Source of the DNA: Candidatus Micrarchaeota archaeon
GTDB taxonomy: Archaea; Micrarchaeota; Micrarchaeia; Micrarchaeales; CABMGC01
Reading direction: 5' to 3'
DNA length: 64,000 nucleotides
Assembly (NCBI GenBank): GCA_021851065.1
Contig: JAJZJQ010000004.1
Coordinates: 3,707 to 67,706, forward strand
Position numbers and translations under genes: made by a program. Below, one piece after another: positions 37,706 through 47,271 of the stretch (the first letter of the stretch is position 1; every line of letters begins with the position of its first letter). The notes beneath the pieces were generated by a model. The model had not been told where the DNA came from, ran no database searches, and saw only the letters and a program-made list of their open reading frames with translations.

Positions 37706-37748
37706 GTTTAAATATGTCTGCCTAGCATAGATGTAAAATAGTTTAAAT
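37706..37748 (+). promoter_or_regulatory. two GTTTAAAT boxes upstream of the PadR-ABC operon (TATA and/or operator)
   Basis: GTTTAAAT occurs at 37706-37713 and 37741-37748. The second lies inside the inverted repeat GTTTA-AATC-TAAAC, 17 nt before the ATG at 37765. Confidence 0.3.
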
Positions 37749-37764
37749 CTAAACCAGTATAAAC

Positions 37765-38148
37765 ATGGAAAAAAACTGCGACAACCTATCCATGTCCATA
37801 GACAAGGGCATGAAGAAAGGCATACTTAAGGTAATGGTGCTCAGCTACATAGCTACGAAGAAAACCTATCCGTACGCGCTGCTCAAGAAGATGAACGAAT
37901 TCACGAGCATACATGCAGGTCATAGTGCATTCGGCGACATCACCAAGAGCGACATGTACAACATAGTTTCAAGCCTGGAGAAGGGTGGTTTTGTTAGGAG
38001 CAGGACACAGCTCAAGGGCAACAAGGTCCAGAAGATGTTTGCCATAACTACAAAGGGGAACGCTGTAATAAAGAACAAGAACAGGATTATAGGAAACATG
38101 ATAAAGGAACTCACCATGCTGGTGAAAGAGGAGGGTTTCGATGGATAA
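37765..38148 (+). CDS. PadR-family transcriptional regulator
   Basis: GILKVMVLSYIATKKTYPYALLKKM winged-helix pattern. Stop overlaps the ABC ATPase start. Confidence 0.75.
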   Translation: MEKNCDNLSMSIDKGMKKGILKVMVLSYIATKKTYPYALLKKMNEFTSIHAGHSAFGDITKSDMYNIVSSLEKGGFVRSRTQLKGNKVQKMFAITTKGNAVIKNKNRIIGNMIKELTMLVKEEGFDG

Positions 38149-39142
38149 GAACATGGTAGAGATAAAGAACCTGGTCAAAAGGTTTGGGGATTTCACCGCG
38201 GTCAATGGCATAAGCCTCGAAATAAAGGAAGGCGAGCTTTTCGGGATTCTGGGCCCCAACGGGGCCGGAAAGACCACTACTATAAACATGATACTTGGCC
38301 TGCTAGTGCCTACATCTGGCTCCATAACCATAAACGGGCTCAACATGGAAAAGCACGGCAACGAGGTCAAGCGCCAGATGGGTCTCATGACCCAGGAGAC
38401 CGTGGTAGACGGGGATCTCACCGCATACGACAATCTCGAGATAGCCGCGCAGCTGTACCATGTTCCAGAGAAGGACATACCAAATAAGATCAAGGAAGCT
38501 CTTGACGAAGCCGAACTGACTGAATTCGCCCAGAGGAAGGCAGGCACTTTTTCGGGGGGCATGCAGCGCAGGCTCGCTCTCGTGCGCGCCATGATACAGG
38601 ATCCAAAGCTGCTGATACTAGACGAGCCCACAACAGGCCTTGACATACAGAACAGGGTGAGCATGTGGGGCCACATAAAGGACATGCTCAAGGAGGGTGT
38701 AACAATAATAATGACCACCCAGTACCTGGAGGAGGCAGATGCGTTATGCGACAAGATAGCCATTATAGATCATGGCAAGATAAAGGCCATAGGTACGGCC
38801 ACCGAACTAAAAAGGATGGTGGGCACCGGCAGAATGCTTGAGATGATATTTGACAGCGCATCGCACGCAGAGCAGGCATCCCCAATTCTAAAGAATCATT
38901 TTCGGGTAAATCCTGTAGTCAGGGGCGAGAAGATAGATGCAGTAATAGAGAAGTGGGAGCCAAAGAGGCTCACCGAAGTGATGGATGCACTGGATCGCAA
39001 GAAGATAAACGTCGTTTCTGTAAACGTGCACCTCCCAACCCTTGATGATGTGTTCATAAAGCTTACTGGCTCGGGCATGAGGGACACTGCAAGCAGCGAC
39101 TATACGTCCGACAGGATGGGCATGATGATGAGGAGGCACTGA
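38141..39142 (+). CDS. ABC transporter ATP-binding protein (DrrA-like)
   Basis: Walker A GPNGAGKTT, signature FSGGMQRRL, Walker B LLILDEPTTGLD. Confidence 0.9.
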   Translation: MDKNMVEIKNLVKRFGDFTAVNGISLEIKEGELFGILGPNGAGKTTTINMILGLLVPTSGSITINGLNMEKHGNEVKRQMGLMTQETVVDGDLTAYDNLEIAAQLYHVPEKDIPNKIKEALDEAELTEFAQRKAGTFSGGMQRRLALVRAMIQDPKLLILDEPTTGLDIQNRVSMWGHIKDMLKEGVTIIMTTQYLEEADALCDKIAIIDHGKIKAIGTATELKRMVGTGRMLEMIFDSASHAEQASPILKNHFRVNPVVRGEKIDAVIEKWEPKRLTEVMDALDRKKINVVSVNVHLPTLDDVFIKLTGSGMRDTASSDYTSDRMGMMMRRH

Positions 39143-39146
39143 TTGC

Positions 39147-40298
39147 ATGGGCATAGGAAAAGAAACGCTTACGCTATTCAAGCGGGAACTGCTAATATTC
39201 AAGTCCAACCTAAGGACCAACGTCATGAGGTCAATAATATTCCCGTTAGTAATCATAGTATTCTTTGGCAACATAGGCACAAGCGTAAGGAATGTCCCCA
39301 TATCTGTGGTCAACTACGCCAACAACGCACAGTCAATGCAGTTCATAAACTCCCTGCAATCCGATCAGGTTCTTGCAATACAGTCTGTGACAAACGAGCA
39401 GGATGCCCTGCAGCAGCTGCAGCTTGGCAGCATACAGTTGGTCGTGGTAATATTGCCAAATTTCCCAAGCAGCAATTCCAACACAACCAGCGTCCAGGTC
39501 TACTACTCTAACACACAGCCCACTGTCATAGCAAGCGTGCTTCCTACAATAACAAACGACGCGCAGCATTTCGGCGGAGGCATATCCGCATCAGATGCAG
39601 CTAGGCAGCTGCAAGGCAGTTCCCCTTCGCAGCCTGTGCAAAAAACAAACAGCATAGTGTCTTCCAGCCCGCTATATTCGGCAACTTCGAGCTATATAAC
39701 CTTCCTTACCGGGGGATTGCTTGCAATGGTGGTCGTGTTCTCTGCCATGTTCGGCGGAGGAGTGGCATACCTTTCTGACAGGCAGCTTGGCATCATAAAG
39801 GCATTCCTTATAACCCCTATAAACAAGAATGCAATAGTGTTAAGCAGGATGCTGTCGGGCGCGCTCAACGGGCTCATATCCGCCATGATAGCGCTGCTAA
39901 TAGGCATAGTATTTGGCGTAACTCTTGCAATGGGCATAATGGCAATAGCCTACATCTTCGTTGTGACAATGCTCATAGGCCTCGGTTTTGGGGCGCTTTC
40001 GATGGTAGTAGCTTCGAAGGTCAGAAAGGTCGATGCATACACCATATTCGCCCAGGCTGTAGGCCTGCCACTATGGTTCATATCTGGCGGAATAACGCCA
40101 ATATCGAGTCTTCCATCCTGGCTTGCGGCATTCTCAGCAATAGATCCACTCACATATGCAACTGACATAAGCAGGGCAGTCATAATGCAGGGCTTCATAT
40201 CAACAAGCCAGCTAATCACGGATATGGGCATTCTGGCGCTCTTCGTGGTTATCATGGCCCTACTCGCATTCAAGACGTTCAAGCCCACTATAGAATGA
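39147..40298 (+). CDS. ABC-2 type permease
   Basis: 383 aa. N-terminal TM, large loop, then five C-terminal TM helices. Confidence 0.8.
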   Translation: MGIGKETLTLFKRELLIFKSNLRTNVMRSIIFPLVIIVFFGNIGTSVRNVPISVVNYANNAQSMQFINSLQSDQVLAIQSVTNEQDALQQLQLGSIQLVVVILPNFPSSNSNTTSVQVYYSNTQPTVIASVLPTITNDAQHFGGGISASDAARQLQGSSPSQPVQKTNSIVSSSPLYSATSSYITFLTGGLLAMVVVFSAMFGGGVAYLSDRQLGIIKAFLITPINKNAIVLSRMLSGALNGLISAMIALLIGIVFGVTLAMGIMAIAYIFVVTMLIGLGFGALSMVVASKVRKVDAYTIFAQAVGLPLWFISGGITPISSLPSWLAAFSAIDPLTYATDISRAVIMQGFISTSQLITDMGILALFVVIMALLAFKTFKPTIE

Positions 40299-40319
40299 TT
40301 ATTGATTATAGGTGAAAAA

Positions 40320-41900
40320 ATGAGATACAACTACGCACTATCTGCAGTAGCGCTGCTCGCATTCGTGCAGCTGATGGCCAGCGCAGGCGCACAATCCGAC
40401 GCGCTCTCCTTGGCCAATCTTGCGGTCTACCCGCAGCCGGCAGTTGCAGGAAGCAACATAACGCTGGCTTTCCAGCTCTACAATTCATACACAAACGAGC
40501 TCACCAGCGTCAATCTCAATCTTCAGGGATCATACCCGATACTAAACTACTCCCCATCCGCAACATATCTGATCTCAACTATAGGCCAGGGCCTATATGG
40601 CGGATCCGTGCCATTCACTTACAGGATTCATCTTCCAAAGAACATGAATGCGGGAACCTACACTGTCGATGTTGTAGCATCATACGAGACGCAGGGGGCA
40701 GGAAACCAGCAGGTTTCGTCATCGTCTGTAATGCCAGTTACATTCTACGTCAGAGGCGCGCCTAATCTCAAGCTTACGGCAAGCTCATCTGCAGCAATAT
40801 CTCCGGGGTCACAGTCGGCAGTCACTGTCACAGTGCTTAACGTGGGCACCGACAATGCCACGGATGTTGGAATAACTCTACTCAACAGCCAGAACTTCAG
40901 CGTGCTGGGCGCATCCACATTTAATCTTGGCACAGTGGGTCCACAGAAATCCGCTACAGCGGCAGCAGTTCTGCTTGCAAATTCCACGCTAAAGGAGGGC
41001 ACTGCCACATTCCCGATGGTAGTAAGCTACTCCACTACGTACAACTCCACTCTAAAGAGCTATAACCAGAGTGTGCCTGTCACAGTGTCCCTGGGCGTGC
41101 CTAACATAGTGCTCGGTATCACCGGTGCGACGCCGTCGTCACTCTATCCTGGCACCAACCAGACATTATCCATGTCCGTGCAGAACATAGGGAGCGGGAC
41201 GGCCAAGAACGTCACAATATCCGTGCCAAGCACAGGCAATATAACTGCAAGTAGCTCCGCATCTATGATATTTCTTGGCACAATAGCTGCCGGTGCATCG
41301 ACAACTACGAGCGTTCAAATAACTGCAAATAAGAACGACCAGCTTAGCAAGTACCTGCTGCCGATACGCCTCTCATACCAGAATGCAAACTACAACAGCA
41401 CAACAAACAAGACCGTCACAGTGCCAATAGCACTGCAGTCAATAGCGCAGTTCAATATAACGTCTGCATCATCCGCGCTCTCACCAGGTTCTACCTATAT
41501 GCCGATAACAGTGACTGTGCGCAACAATGGCAATGAGCCTGCCCAGACTGTAACCTTCAGCCTTCAGACAATCTATCCTATATCCCAGGTTACGCCTAAC
41601 GCATATCTCAATTCCCTGGCACCGGGACAGTCTGCCAATGTGACTTTCTATGTCAATGTAGACTCCCAGGCAAACGCCGGCCAGTATCCGCTCACGCTAT
41701 ATGAGCAGTGGACCCAGCCTGGCGGCACGACAACGCAGCAGTACTCGGCATCGCAAAACTACTACGTCAGCGTGAATAGCGGTGGCGGAATAGAAAACAG
41801 CCTCATATACGCCATAATTGTCATAGTGATAGTTGCAGTGGTGTACATGAGAGTCATAAAGCCCAGGATGGCCGCGCAAAAGAAAAAGGAGAAGAAGTGA
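40320..41900 (+). CDS. secreted CARDB/S-layer-domain (COG1361-like) protein with C-terminal anchor
   Basis: ATG at 40320 (the ORF TTG is at 40302). Signal peptide ending ASAGAQS. Repeated ..N(V/I)G...A.(N/D)V.(I/F).L modules. C-terminal TM plus KKKEKK. Confidence 0.7.
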   Translation: MRYNYALSAVALLAFVQLMASAGAQSDALSLANLAVYPQPAVAGSNITLAFQLYNSYTNELTSVNLNLQGSYPILNYSPSATYLISTIGQGLYGGSVPFTYRIHLPKNMNAGTYTVDVVASYETQGAGNQQVSSSSVMPVTFYVRGAPNLKLTASSSAAISPGSQSAVTVTVLNVGTDNATDVGITLLNSQNFSVLGASTFNLGTVGPQKSATAAAVLLANSTLKEGTATFPMVVSYSTTYNSTLKSYNQSVPVTVSLGVPNIVLGITGATPSSLYPGTNQTLSMSVQNIGSGTAKNVTISVPSTGNITASSSASMIFLGTIAAGASTTTSVQITANKNDQLSKYLLPIRLSYQNANYNSTTNKTVTVPIALQSIAQFNITSASSALSPGSTYMPITVTVRNNGNEPAQTVTFSLQTIYPISQVTPNAYLNSLAPGQSANVTFYVNVDSQANAGQYPLTLYEQWTQPGGTTTQQYSASQNYYVSVNSGGGIENSLIYAIIVIVIVAVVYMRVIKPRMAAQKKKEKK

Positions 41901-42093
41901 GGTAAGGGATGCCCTCCCGGCTGCTGCCTGCGAAGGTGCAGCCGCAAGCCCCCTGCCAAAACTTCCACTCTGTTTGAAAATTGTAAGAAACCGGGCCGTG
42001 TTCTGGCGCGGATCAGGTTCCGATACAATGCCTATTCTGGGCTCTCTTTGACCTGGCAACGTGCGCCATACACAATGCAATGGCGCAAATGTC

Positions 42094-42873
42094 TCATGTT
42101 GTCTGTGCAAAAACTCTGGCTATCTGCGGTAGCTTTGCAAAGCCCTTTGCATACAGTTCGCCGCTGTCAAAGCCGCTCCACCCGGAATCAAGCCTTAGCA
42201 CATCAGAGACTACGAACACAGCGCACGCCCTGGCACCTCTTTTATTGGCTACTGCAAACAGGCCCGCTGACTCCATCTCAACTGTAAGTATCCCCATATC
42301 GCTGTACTTTTCGACTTCATCTCTGGTCTCGGTATAAGGTGCATCAATGCTCCATGTGGGTCCCAGTGCGAACTCTACGCCTGCCTTTTTTAATGACCTG
42401 CTGATAGCTACGACTAGCTCCCTGTCAGCATTAACGTACCTCCCGCTCTTCATATAGTGCTCAGATGTTCCTGTATCTCTCATAGCCTTTGTGCACAGCA
42501 CTATGCCTCCTGGGGAAAGATCCTGGCGTATGCCTCCTGCCTCTCCTATTATCAGGATCTCCCTAACGCCAAGCCTTATGATATCCTCTGCTATCATAGC
42601 AGTAAGCGGAGCCCCTATGGCAAGCCGTACTACAAGCAGGTCATATGCTCTTGACTTGTATATTGAGAGCGTGTTGTAGTTGACAACAGCATCCTCAAGA
42701 ACTTTCATCCTTTCCAAATCAAGTTCCTTCTGAAAAAGCTGCTCTATGCTGTTTGCATACACTATTATTGCCTTCTTTGGCAGCTTCAGGCCTTCTGGCA
42801 CTGTCCTCATCAAAAAACCCATGCTGAACATTGGTTGCAGCTGGTGCTTGTTCTTTATTTTTGGCAACGACAT
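42094..42873 (-). CDS. PNP/UDP family nucleoside phosphorylase
   Basis: IIGEAGGI, TVEMESAGLFAVA and VFVVSD motifs of the PNP_UDP_1 fold. Confidence 0.75.
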   Translation of the reverse strand: MSLPKIKNKHQLQPMFSMGFLMRTVPEGLKLPKKAIIVYANSIEQLFQKELDLERMKVLEDAVVNYNTLSIYKSRAYDLLVVRLAIGAPLTAMIAEDIIRLGVREILIIGEAGGIRQDLSPGGIVLCTKAMRDTGTSEHYMKSGRYVNADRELVVAISRSLKKAGVEFALGPTWSIDAPYTETRDEVEKYSDMGILTVEMESAGLFAVANKRGARACAVFVVSDVLRLDSGWSGFDSGELYAKGFAKLPQIARVFAQTT

Positions 42874-42877
42874 CGGA

Positions 42878-43729
42878 TCACTTCCTGCTAGAAAGAATCT
42901 TGATTACCTTTTCCTTGTGCGGCATGCTCGATGCTGCACCAAGTTCCTGCACGCTAAGCGCAGCGGCAGCATTGGCGAATCTCAGTGCATAATCCAGATC
43001 CTTGCCATCTGCCAGGCATGTTGCCATCGCTCCTGTGAAACAGTCTCCGGCACCGCTCGTATTAACGGCATTGATCCTGTAGCCATCCTCTTTTATGACC
43101 GCATCATCCCCTATTGCAACAAATCCCTTATCCCCCAGCGTCACCACAAGGACCTGGCCTTTCTTCCTAAGCCTACCTGATTCCTCGACTATGCGCTTGG
43201 CGTCACCATGTTTCACCCCATCTGCCCTAGAATGGAATGCAAACTCTGCGTCGTTCATGACAATGTAATCTGAAAGATCAAGGAGTCTTCTATCAACGCT
43301 TATCATGGGCCCGCAGTTAAGTATCACCGTGCAGCCTAGCCTCCTTGCCTTGCTGAAAAACAAGTGTATGAGTTCCTGTGGGAATGATGACAAAGCAGAG
43401 ATCACTATGTCACCCTTTTTCATTTCTATGTCCCCTACCTCATTTGCAGTAATTCTCTTGTAGCCCGTACCATATCTCGACACCATGTAATTTCCATCAT
43501 CCGATACGAGAAGCAGGCTCAGGTTGCTGTCAAGACCCTTCTCTTCAACTATCCCCTCAGAATGCATGCCCTCCTCCTTGAGGTATGCAAGGATAGCATG
43601 TCCTACTACGTCGTCACCTACTTTTGAATAGAACTCGACCTGCGCGCCAAGTCTCCTGGCTGCTACGGCCATATTGGCGCCTTTACCCCCCAATCCGCAC
43701 GACACTCCCTTTGCAGGGGATACCGGCAT
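42878..43729 (-). CDS. PfkB-family carbohydrate/nucleoside kinase (ribokinase-like)
   Basis: GGKGANMAVAA and NTSGAGDCFTGAM motifs. The conserved N-terminal strand KIVILGSIN is encoded upstream of the first ATG, in frame up to 43807, with no canonical start codon. Confidence 0.8.
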   Translation of the reverse strand: MPVSPAKGVSCGLGGKGANMAVAARRLGAQVEFYSKVGDDVVGHAILAYLKEEGMHSEGIVEEKGLDSNLSLLLVSDDGNYMVSRYGTGYKRITANEVGDIEMKKGDIVISALSSFPQELIHLFFSKARRLGCTVILNCGPMISVDRRLLDLSDYIVMNDAEFAFHSRADGVKHGDAKRIVEESGRLRKKGQVLVVTLGDKGFVAIGDDAVIKEDGYRINAVNTSGAGDCFTGAMATCLADGKDLDYALRFANAAAALSVQELGAASSMPHKEKVIKILSSRK

Positions 43730-43926
43730 GCCGTTGCCAGAGTGCAGTACTACCTCCAGGTTTATTGATCCAAGTATGACTATCTTCCTTATGCAAGCAC
43801 CAAGAATCTAATTGAATAAGCAAATATTATAAAAGGGATTACCAGTAGTCCATGCAGCTTGCCAGAATGATCCAGGGTCTAGCTGCATAAAGGCATATAT
43901 AAAAAGGTTTGCCTGCCAATTAATCC

Positions 43927-44220
43927 GTGGATTATAATAATAAAAATATAGTCCTTAGCGAGCTAATAGGGCTCAGATGCAAGGTTGTTAAGTCACTCGA
44001 CAGGAACCAGATCGGCGTCTCTGGAACTGTAGTCGACGAAACGAAGAACACCCTCGTCATCGAGACTGACCTTGGCGCAAAGAGGATAGCAAAGAGGATA
44101 TCAACATTTAAGTTTTACTCGGAAGGCAAAGCCTTCATTGTAAAGGGCGAAGAGATAAATTTCAGGCCTCATGAGAGAATCTCAAAGGCCGTGAAGTTTT
44201 ACAGAGCCAGAAAGGTGTGA
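43927..44220 (+). CDS. rnp1: RNase P protein component 1 (Rpp29/Pop4)
   Basis: GTG start. ELIGLRCKVVKSLDRNQIGVSGTVVDETKNTLVIET matches the Rpp29 Sm-like core. Confidence 0.75.
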   Translation: MDYNNKNIVLSELIGLRCKVVKSLDRNQIGVSGTVVDETKNTLVIETDLGAKRIAKRISTFKFYSEGKAFIVKGEEINFRPHERISKAVKFYRARKV

Positions 44221-44223
44221 AAT

Positions 44224-44526
44224 TTGGAGTGCACAGATCCACGATGCCCCGCCCACGGGGGCTTAAAGTACAGGGGGATGCAATTCACCGGCAGGGTGGT
44301 TAGTGACAAGGCCAAGCGAACAGTCATAGTCGAGGTAGACTACGCCAAATACGTATACAAATATGAGAGGTCGCTGAGAAAAAGATCAAGGATACCTGCT
44401 CACAGCCCTGAGTGCATGGGCATAAAGGAGAATGACATGGTCAATATAGCCGAAACCAGGAGAATGAGCAAGACCAAGTCATTTGTGGTAATCGGAAAGG
44501 CGAAAGGATCGAAGTCGGCTAAGTGA
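44224..44526 (+). CDS. rps17: 30S ribosomal protein S17
   Basis: TTG start. CTDPRCPAHGGLKYRG...GRVVSDKAKRTVIVEV. Confidence 0.85.
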   Translation: MECTDPRCPAHGGLKYRGMQFTGRVVSDKAKRTVIVEVDYAKYVYKYERSLRKRSRIPAHSPECMGIKENDMVNIAETRRMSKTKSFVVIGKAKGSKSAK

Positions 44527-44530
44527 TTTT

Positions 44531-44932
44531 ATGAAGGGAGTAGCATCACATATAACAAAGACGCTTGTGCCTGGCGCAGTGCTTACGTGCGCTGACAACA
44601 GCGGGGCATACGAGTTTAGGATGATACATATAATAGGCAAGACGGACGGGAGGCACGGAAAGATGAGCCCCGTGGGTGTTGGTGATATAGTCTCTTGCAG
44701 CGTAAGGAAGGGAACTGCCGCGTACCTAAAGAAGCCTGTGCGCGTCATAGTGATACGGCAAAAGCAGGCCATAAGAAGGGCAAGCGGCATGAGGGTGAAG
44801 TTCGAGGATAATGCAGGCATAATGGTCGGCGACGATAACCTCCCTGTAGGCACAGAGGTAAAGGGGGCCATGGCAAGGGAGGTAGTAGAAAGGTTTGTCA
44901 AGGTCGCGGGAATAGCCTCGAGAATAGTGTAG
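44531..44932 (+). CDS. rpl14: 50S ribosomal protein L14
   Basis: 133 aa. LTCADNSGA...VRVIVIRQK. Confidence 0.9.
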   Translation: MKGVASHITKTLVPGAVLTCADNSGAYEFRMIHIIGKTDGRHGKMSPVGVGDIVSCSVRKGTAAYLKKPVRVIVIRQKQAIRRASGMRVKFEDNAGIMVGDDNLPVGTEVKGAMAREVVERFVKVAGIASRIV

Positions 44933-44939
44933 TGGTCAT

Positions 44940-45107
44940 ATGGTTACAATGTCAAAAGCGATGGGTACAGCGGCTATAGCTGCAGCTTTAGCGGTAACCT
45001 CCGCTATTGTTGCAAATGCACTCTTTGAAATGCATAAGCCATCCGGTCAGAAGCCACGTGCAAAGCTGCTGCTCGATGAGCACATGGGGCAAATAAGGAG
45101 AAGTTGA
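44940..45107 (+). CDS. 55-aa single-TM mini-protein inside the r-protein operon (hypothetical)
   Basis: Hand-translated: MVTMSKAMGTAAIAAALAVTSAIVANALFEMHKPSGQKPRAKLLLDEHMGQIRRS. Fills the only large gap in the operon. Its stop lies 4 nt before the rpl24 ATG. Confidence 0.35.
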   Translation: MVTMSKAMGTAAIAAALAVTSAIVANALFEMHKPSGQKPRAKLLLDEHMGQIRRS

Positions 45108-45111
45108 TATT

Positions 45112-45486
45112 ATGATAGAATCGGCAAAACCCAGGAAGCAGAGGAAGTTCAGGCTTACTGCTCCGATGCACATAAGGCAGAACTTTGTCAATGCGCACAT
45201 ATCAAAGACTCTGGCTGCAAGTCTTGGCACAAAGCGCAGGAGCATAGAGGTGAGGCGCGGAGACACTGTCAAGGTAATGGCAGGCGACAACCGCGGCAAG
45301 TCTGGCAAGGTTACTAAGGTCAATCTGCACAACGCAAGGATACTTATCGACGGAATAACTGTGAAGGATGCAAAGAACAAGGATGTTATGGTGCAGGTAC
45401 CTGCATGCAACGTATATATTACGGAGCTAGACCTATCAGACAAGCTAAGGAAAGCAGAGGTAGACTCGCTGAGGGCAAAGAAGTGA
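45112..45486 (+). CDS. rpl24: 50S ribosomal protein L24
   Basis: KPRKQRKFRLTAPMH...VRRGDTVKVMAGDNRGKSGKV (KOW). Confidence 0.9.
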   Translation: MIESAKPRKQRKFRLTAPMHIRQNFVNAHISKTLAASLGTKRRSIEVRRGDTVKVMAGDNRGKSGKVTKVNLHNARILIDGITVKDAKNKDVMVQVPACNVYITELDLSDKLRKAEVDSLRAKK

Positions 45487-46175
45487 TGAACATGGGGAAC
45501 AAAGGCAATAATAGGCATGTAAAGAGGCTGGCATCGCCAAGATATCTGCACATTGAGAGGAAGATCCACCCGTATATTCTCAAGCCGAATGCAGGCAGGC
45601 ACACTGCAGCCACCAGTATAGCCATTGCAACAGTCCTTAAGGAGAAGCTTGGCGTTGTGGGGAGCACGAAACAGGCAAGGATGGTGCTGAATTCTGGCAG
45701 CATACAGGTCAACGGCAACGCAATCACGGACTTTAGGTATCCGCTGGGATTTGGGGATGTGCTATACTTCAAGCCCAGCAACGAGTACTACAAGGTAGGC
45801 GTCGGAAAGAAGGGCGCAGTCAATGTCGAGAAGGTAAGCGATGAACAGGCTAAAGAGCAGGTGTTCAAGGTGATAGGCAAGTATGTGCTCAGAGGCAATA
45901 GGGAGATGCTCAAGCTACATAATGGCGCAGTCATGCCTTCGGAGAAAGGCGTGCGTACTAACGACTCAGTGAAGATCAAGGACGGAAAGATAAGCAAGGT
46001 CATAAAGCTTGAGAAAGGCGCGCGCTGCCTTGTGATACGCGGAGTGCATGCCTCGGAAAGCGGCACAATAAGCGAGATAAGGCAGGGAACCGCCCTTAGG
46101 GGCGCAGTAGTCGAGATAGATGGCAAGGAGGGCAAGAAGCAGACCCTGCTCGACAACATAATGGCAGTGGGTTGA
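45486..46175 (+). CDS. rps4e: 30S ribosomal protein S4e
   Basis: ATG overlaps the rpl24 stop (ATGA). GNKGNNRHVKRLASPRY. Confidence 0.9.
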   Translation: MNMGNKGNNRHVKRLASPRYLHIERKIHPYILKPNAGRHTAATSIAIATVLKEKLGVVGSTKQARMVLNSGSIQVNGNAITDFRYPLGFGDVLYFKPSNEYYKVGVGKKGAVNVEKVSDEQAKEQVFKVIGKYVLRGNREMLKLHNGAVMPSEKGVRTNDSVKIKDGKISKVIKLEKGARCLVIRGVHASESGTISEIRQGTALRGAVVEIDGKEGKKQTLLDNIMAVG

Positions 46176-46180
46176 TTATT

Positions 46181-46705
46181 ATGGCACAGCAGCACAATTT
46201 AATGAGGGACATACGGATAGACAAGGTGGTGCTCAATATAGGCATAGGCTCCAACGAGGACATGGCCCAGAACGCAAAGATGCTTCTGGAGAAGCTCACC
46301 GGCAGCAAGCCTGTCTCCACAGTATCAAAAAAGAGGGAGCCTGAACTCAAACTCAGGCGTGGTCAGGTTATAGGGGCGATGGTTACTTTGAGGAACAAAG
46401 CTGCTACTGACATGCTAAAAAGGGCCCTTGAGGCAAACGACAACCTACTCAAGAGAAGCTCCATAGCAAACAGCTCTCTAAGCTTCGGCGTAAGGGAGTA
46501 CATATACTTCTCAGGGGTCAAGTACGATCCCAAGATAGGCATGCTTGGGCTAAATGTCAATGCCTCTTTCTCAAGAAGGGGCAGGAGGATAGAATTGCGC
46601 AAGCGAAAGAGAAGCTCAGAGGGGGCGCACCACAAGGCCATAACAAGGGAAGAGATAGCCGAATATCTGGAGAAGAACATGGGCGCAAAGGTCGGTGCAG
46701 AGTGA
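46181..46705 (+). CDS. rpl5: 50S ribosomal protein L5
   Basis: [16 protein letters not shown]... Confidence 0.9.
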   Translation: MAQQHNLMRDIRIDKVVLNIGIGSNEDMAQNAKMLLEKLTGSKPVSTVSKKREPELKLRRGQVIGAMVTLRNKAATDMLKRALEANDNLLKRSSIANSSLSFGVREYIYFSGVKYDPKIGMLGLNVNASFSRRGRRIELRKRKRSSEGAHHKAITREEIAEYLEKNMGAKVGAE

Positions 46706-46709
46706 TATC

Positions 46710-46868
46710 ATGAAACTAAGCTACGATTCGAGGCTCAAAGGACGCGGAAAGAGGAAGTGCAGAGTATGCGGCACTTCGCGCGGTCTGATAAGGTCATACA
46801 AGCTCTATCTGTGCAGGAGGTGCTTTAGGGAGGTAGGGAAAGACATAGGTTTCGAGAAGTACGGGTGA
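46710..46868 (+). CDS. rps14: 30S ribosomal protein S14 (type Z, zinc-binding)
   Basis: 52 aa, below the ORF-track cutoff, hand-translated: [52 protein letters not shown], with CxxC...CxxC. Confidence 0.9.
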   Translation: MKLSYDSRLKGRGKRKCRVCGTSRGLIRSYKLYLCRRCFREVGKDIGFEKYG

Positions 46869-46873
46869 AGATC

Positions 46874-47257
46874 ATGGTAGACATATTCGCAGACGCAATA
46901 AACAAGATAAAGGTGTACGAAAACGCAGGCATGTACGAGTGCGTTGTTCCTTCCACCAAGCTCATAAAGTCTGTGCTTGAGACGATGAAGGGCAATGGCT
47001 ACATAAAGGGATACGAAGAGTTCAAGTCCGGCAAGTTCGATAGCATACGCATAGCTCTGGCAAAGAAGATAAACGACATAGGCGTCATAAAGCCAAGGTA
47101 TCCCGTGTCAGTTGAGGATCTGCAAAGATACGAGACAAGGTACATACCAAGCAAGGACTTTGGCATAATCATAGTGTCTACGCCCCAGGGCATAATGACA
47201 AACAGGGATGCAAAGCAGAAGAATACCGGGGGCAGGCTCATTGCATATGTTTATTAG
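46874..47257 (+). CDS. rps8: 30S ribosomal protein S8
   Basis: MVDIFADAINKIKVYEN...GGRLIAYVY. Confidence 0.9.
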   Translation: MVDIFADAINKIKVYENAGMYECVVPSTKLIKSVLETMKGNGYIKGYEEFKSGKFDSIRIALAKKINDIGVIKPRYPVSVEDLQRYETRYIPSKDFGIIIVSTPQGIMTNRDAKQKNTGGRLIAYVY

Positions 47258-47271
47258 GCGGTGAATGAAGA

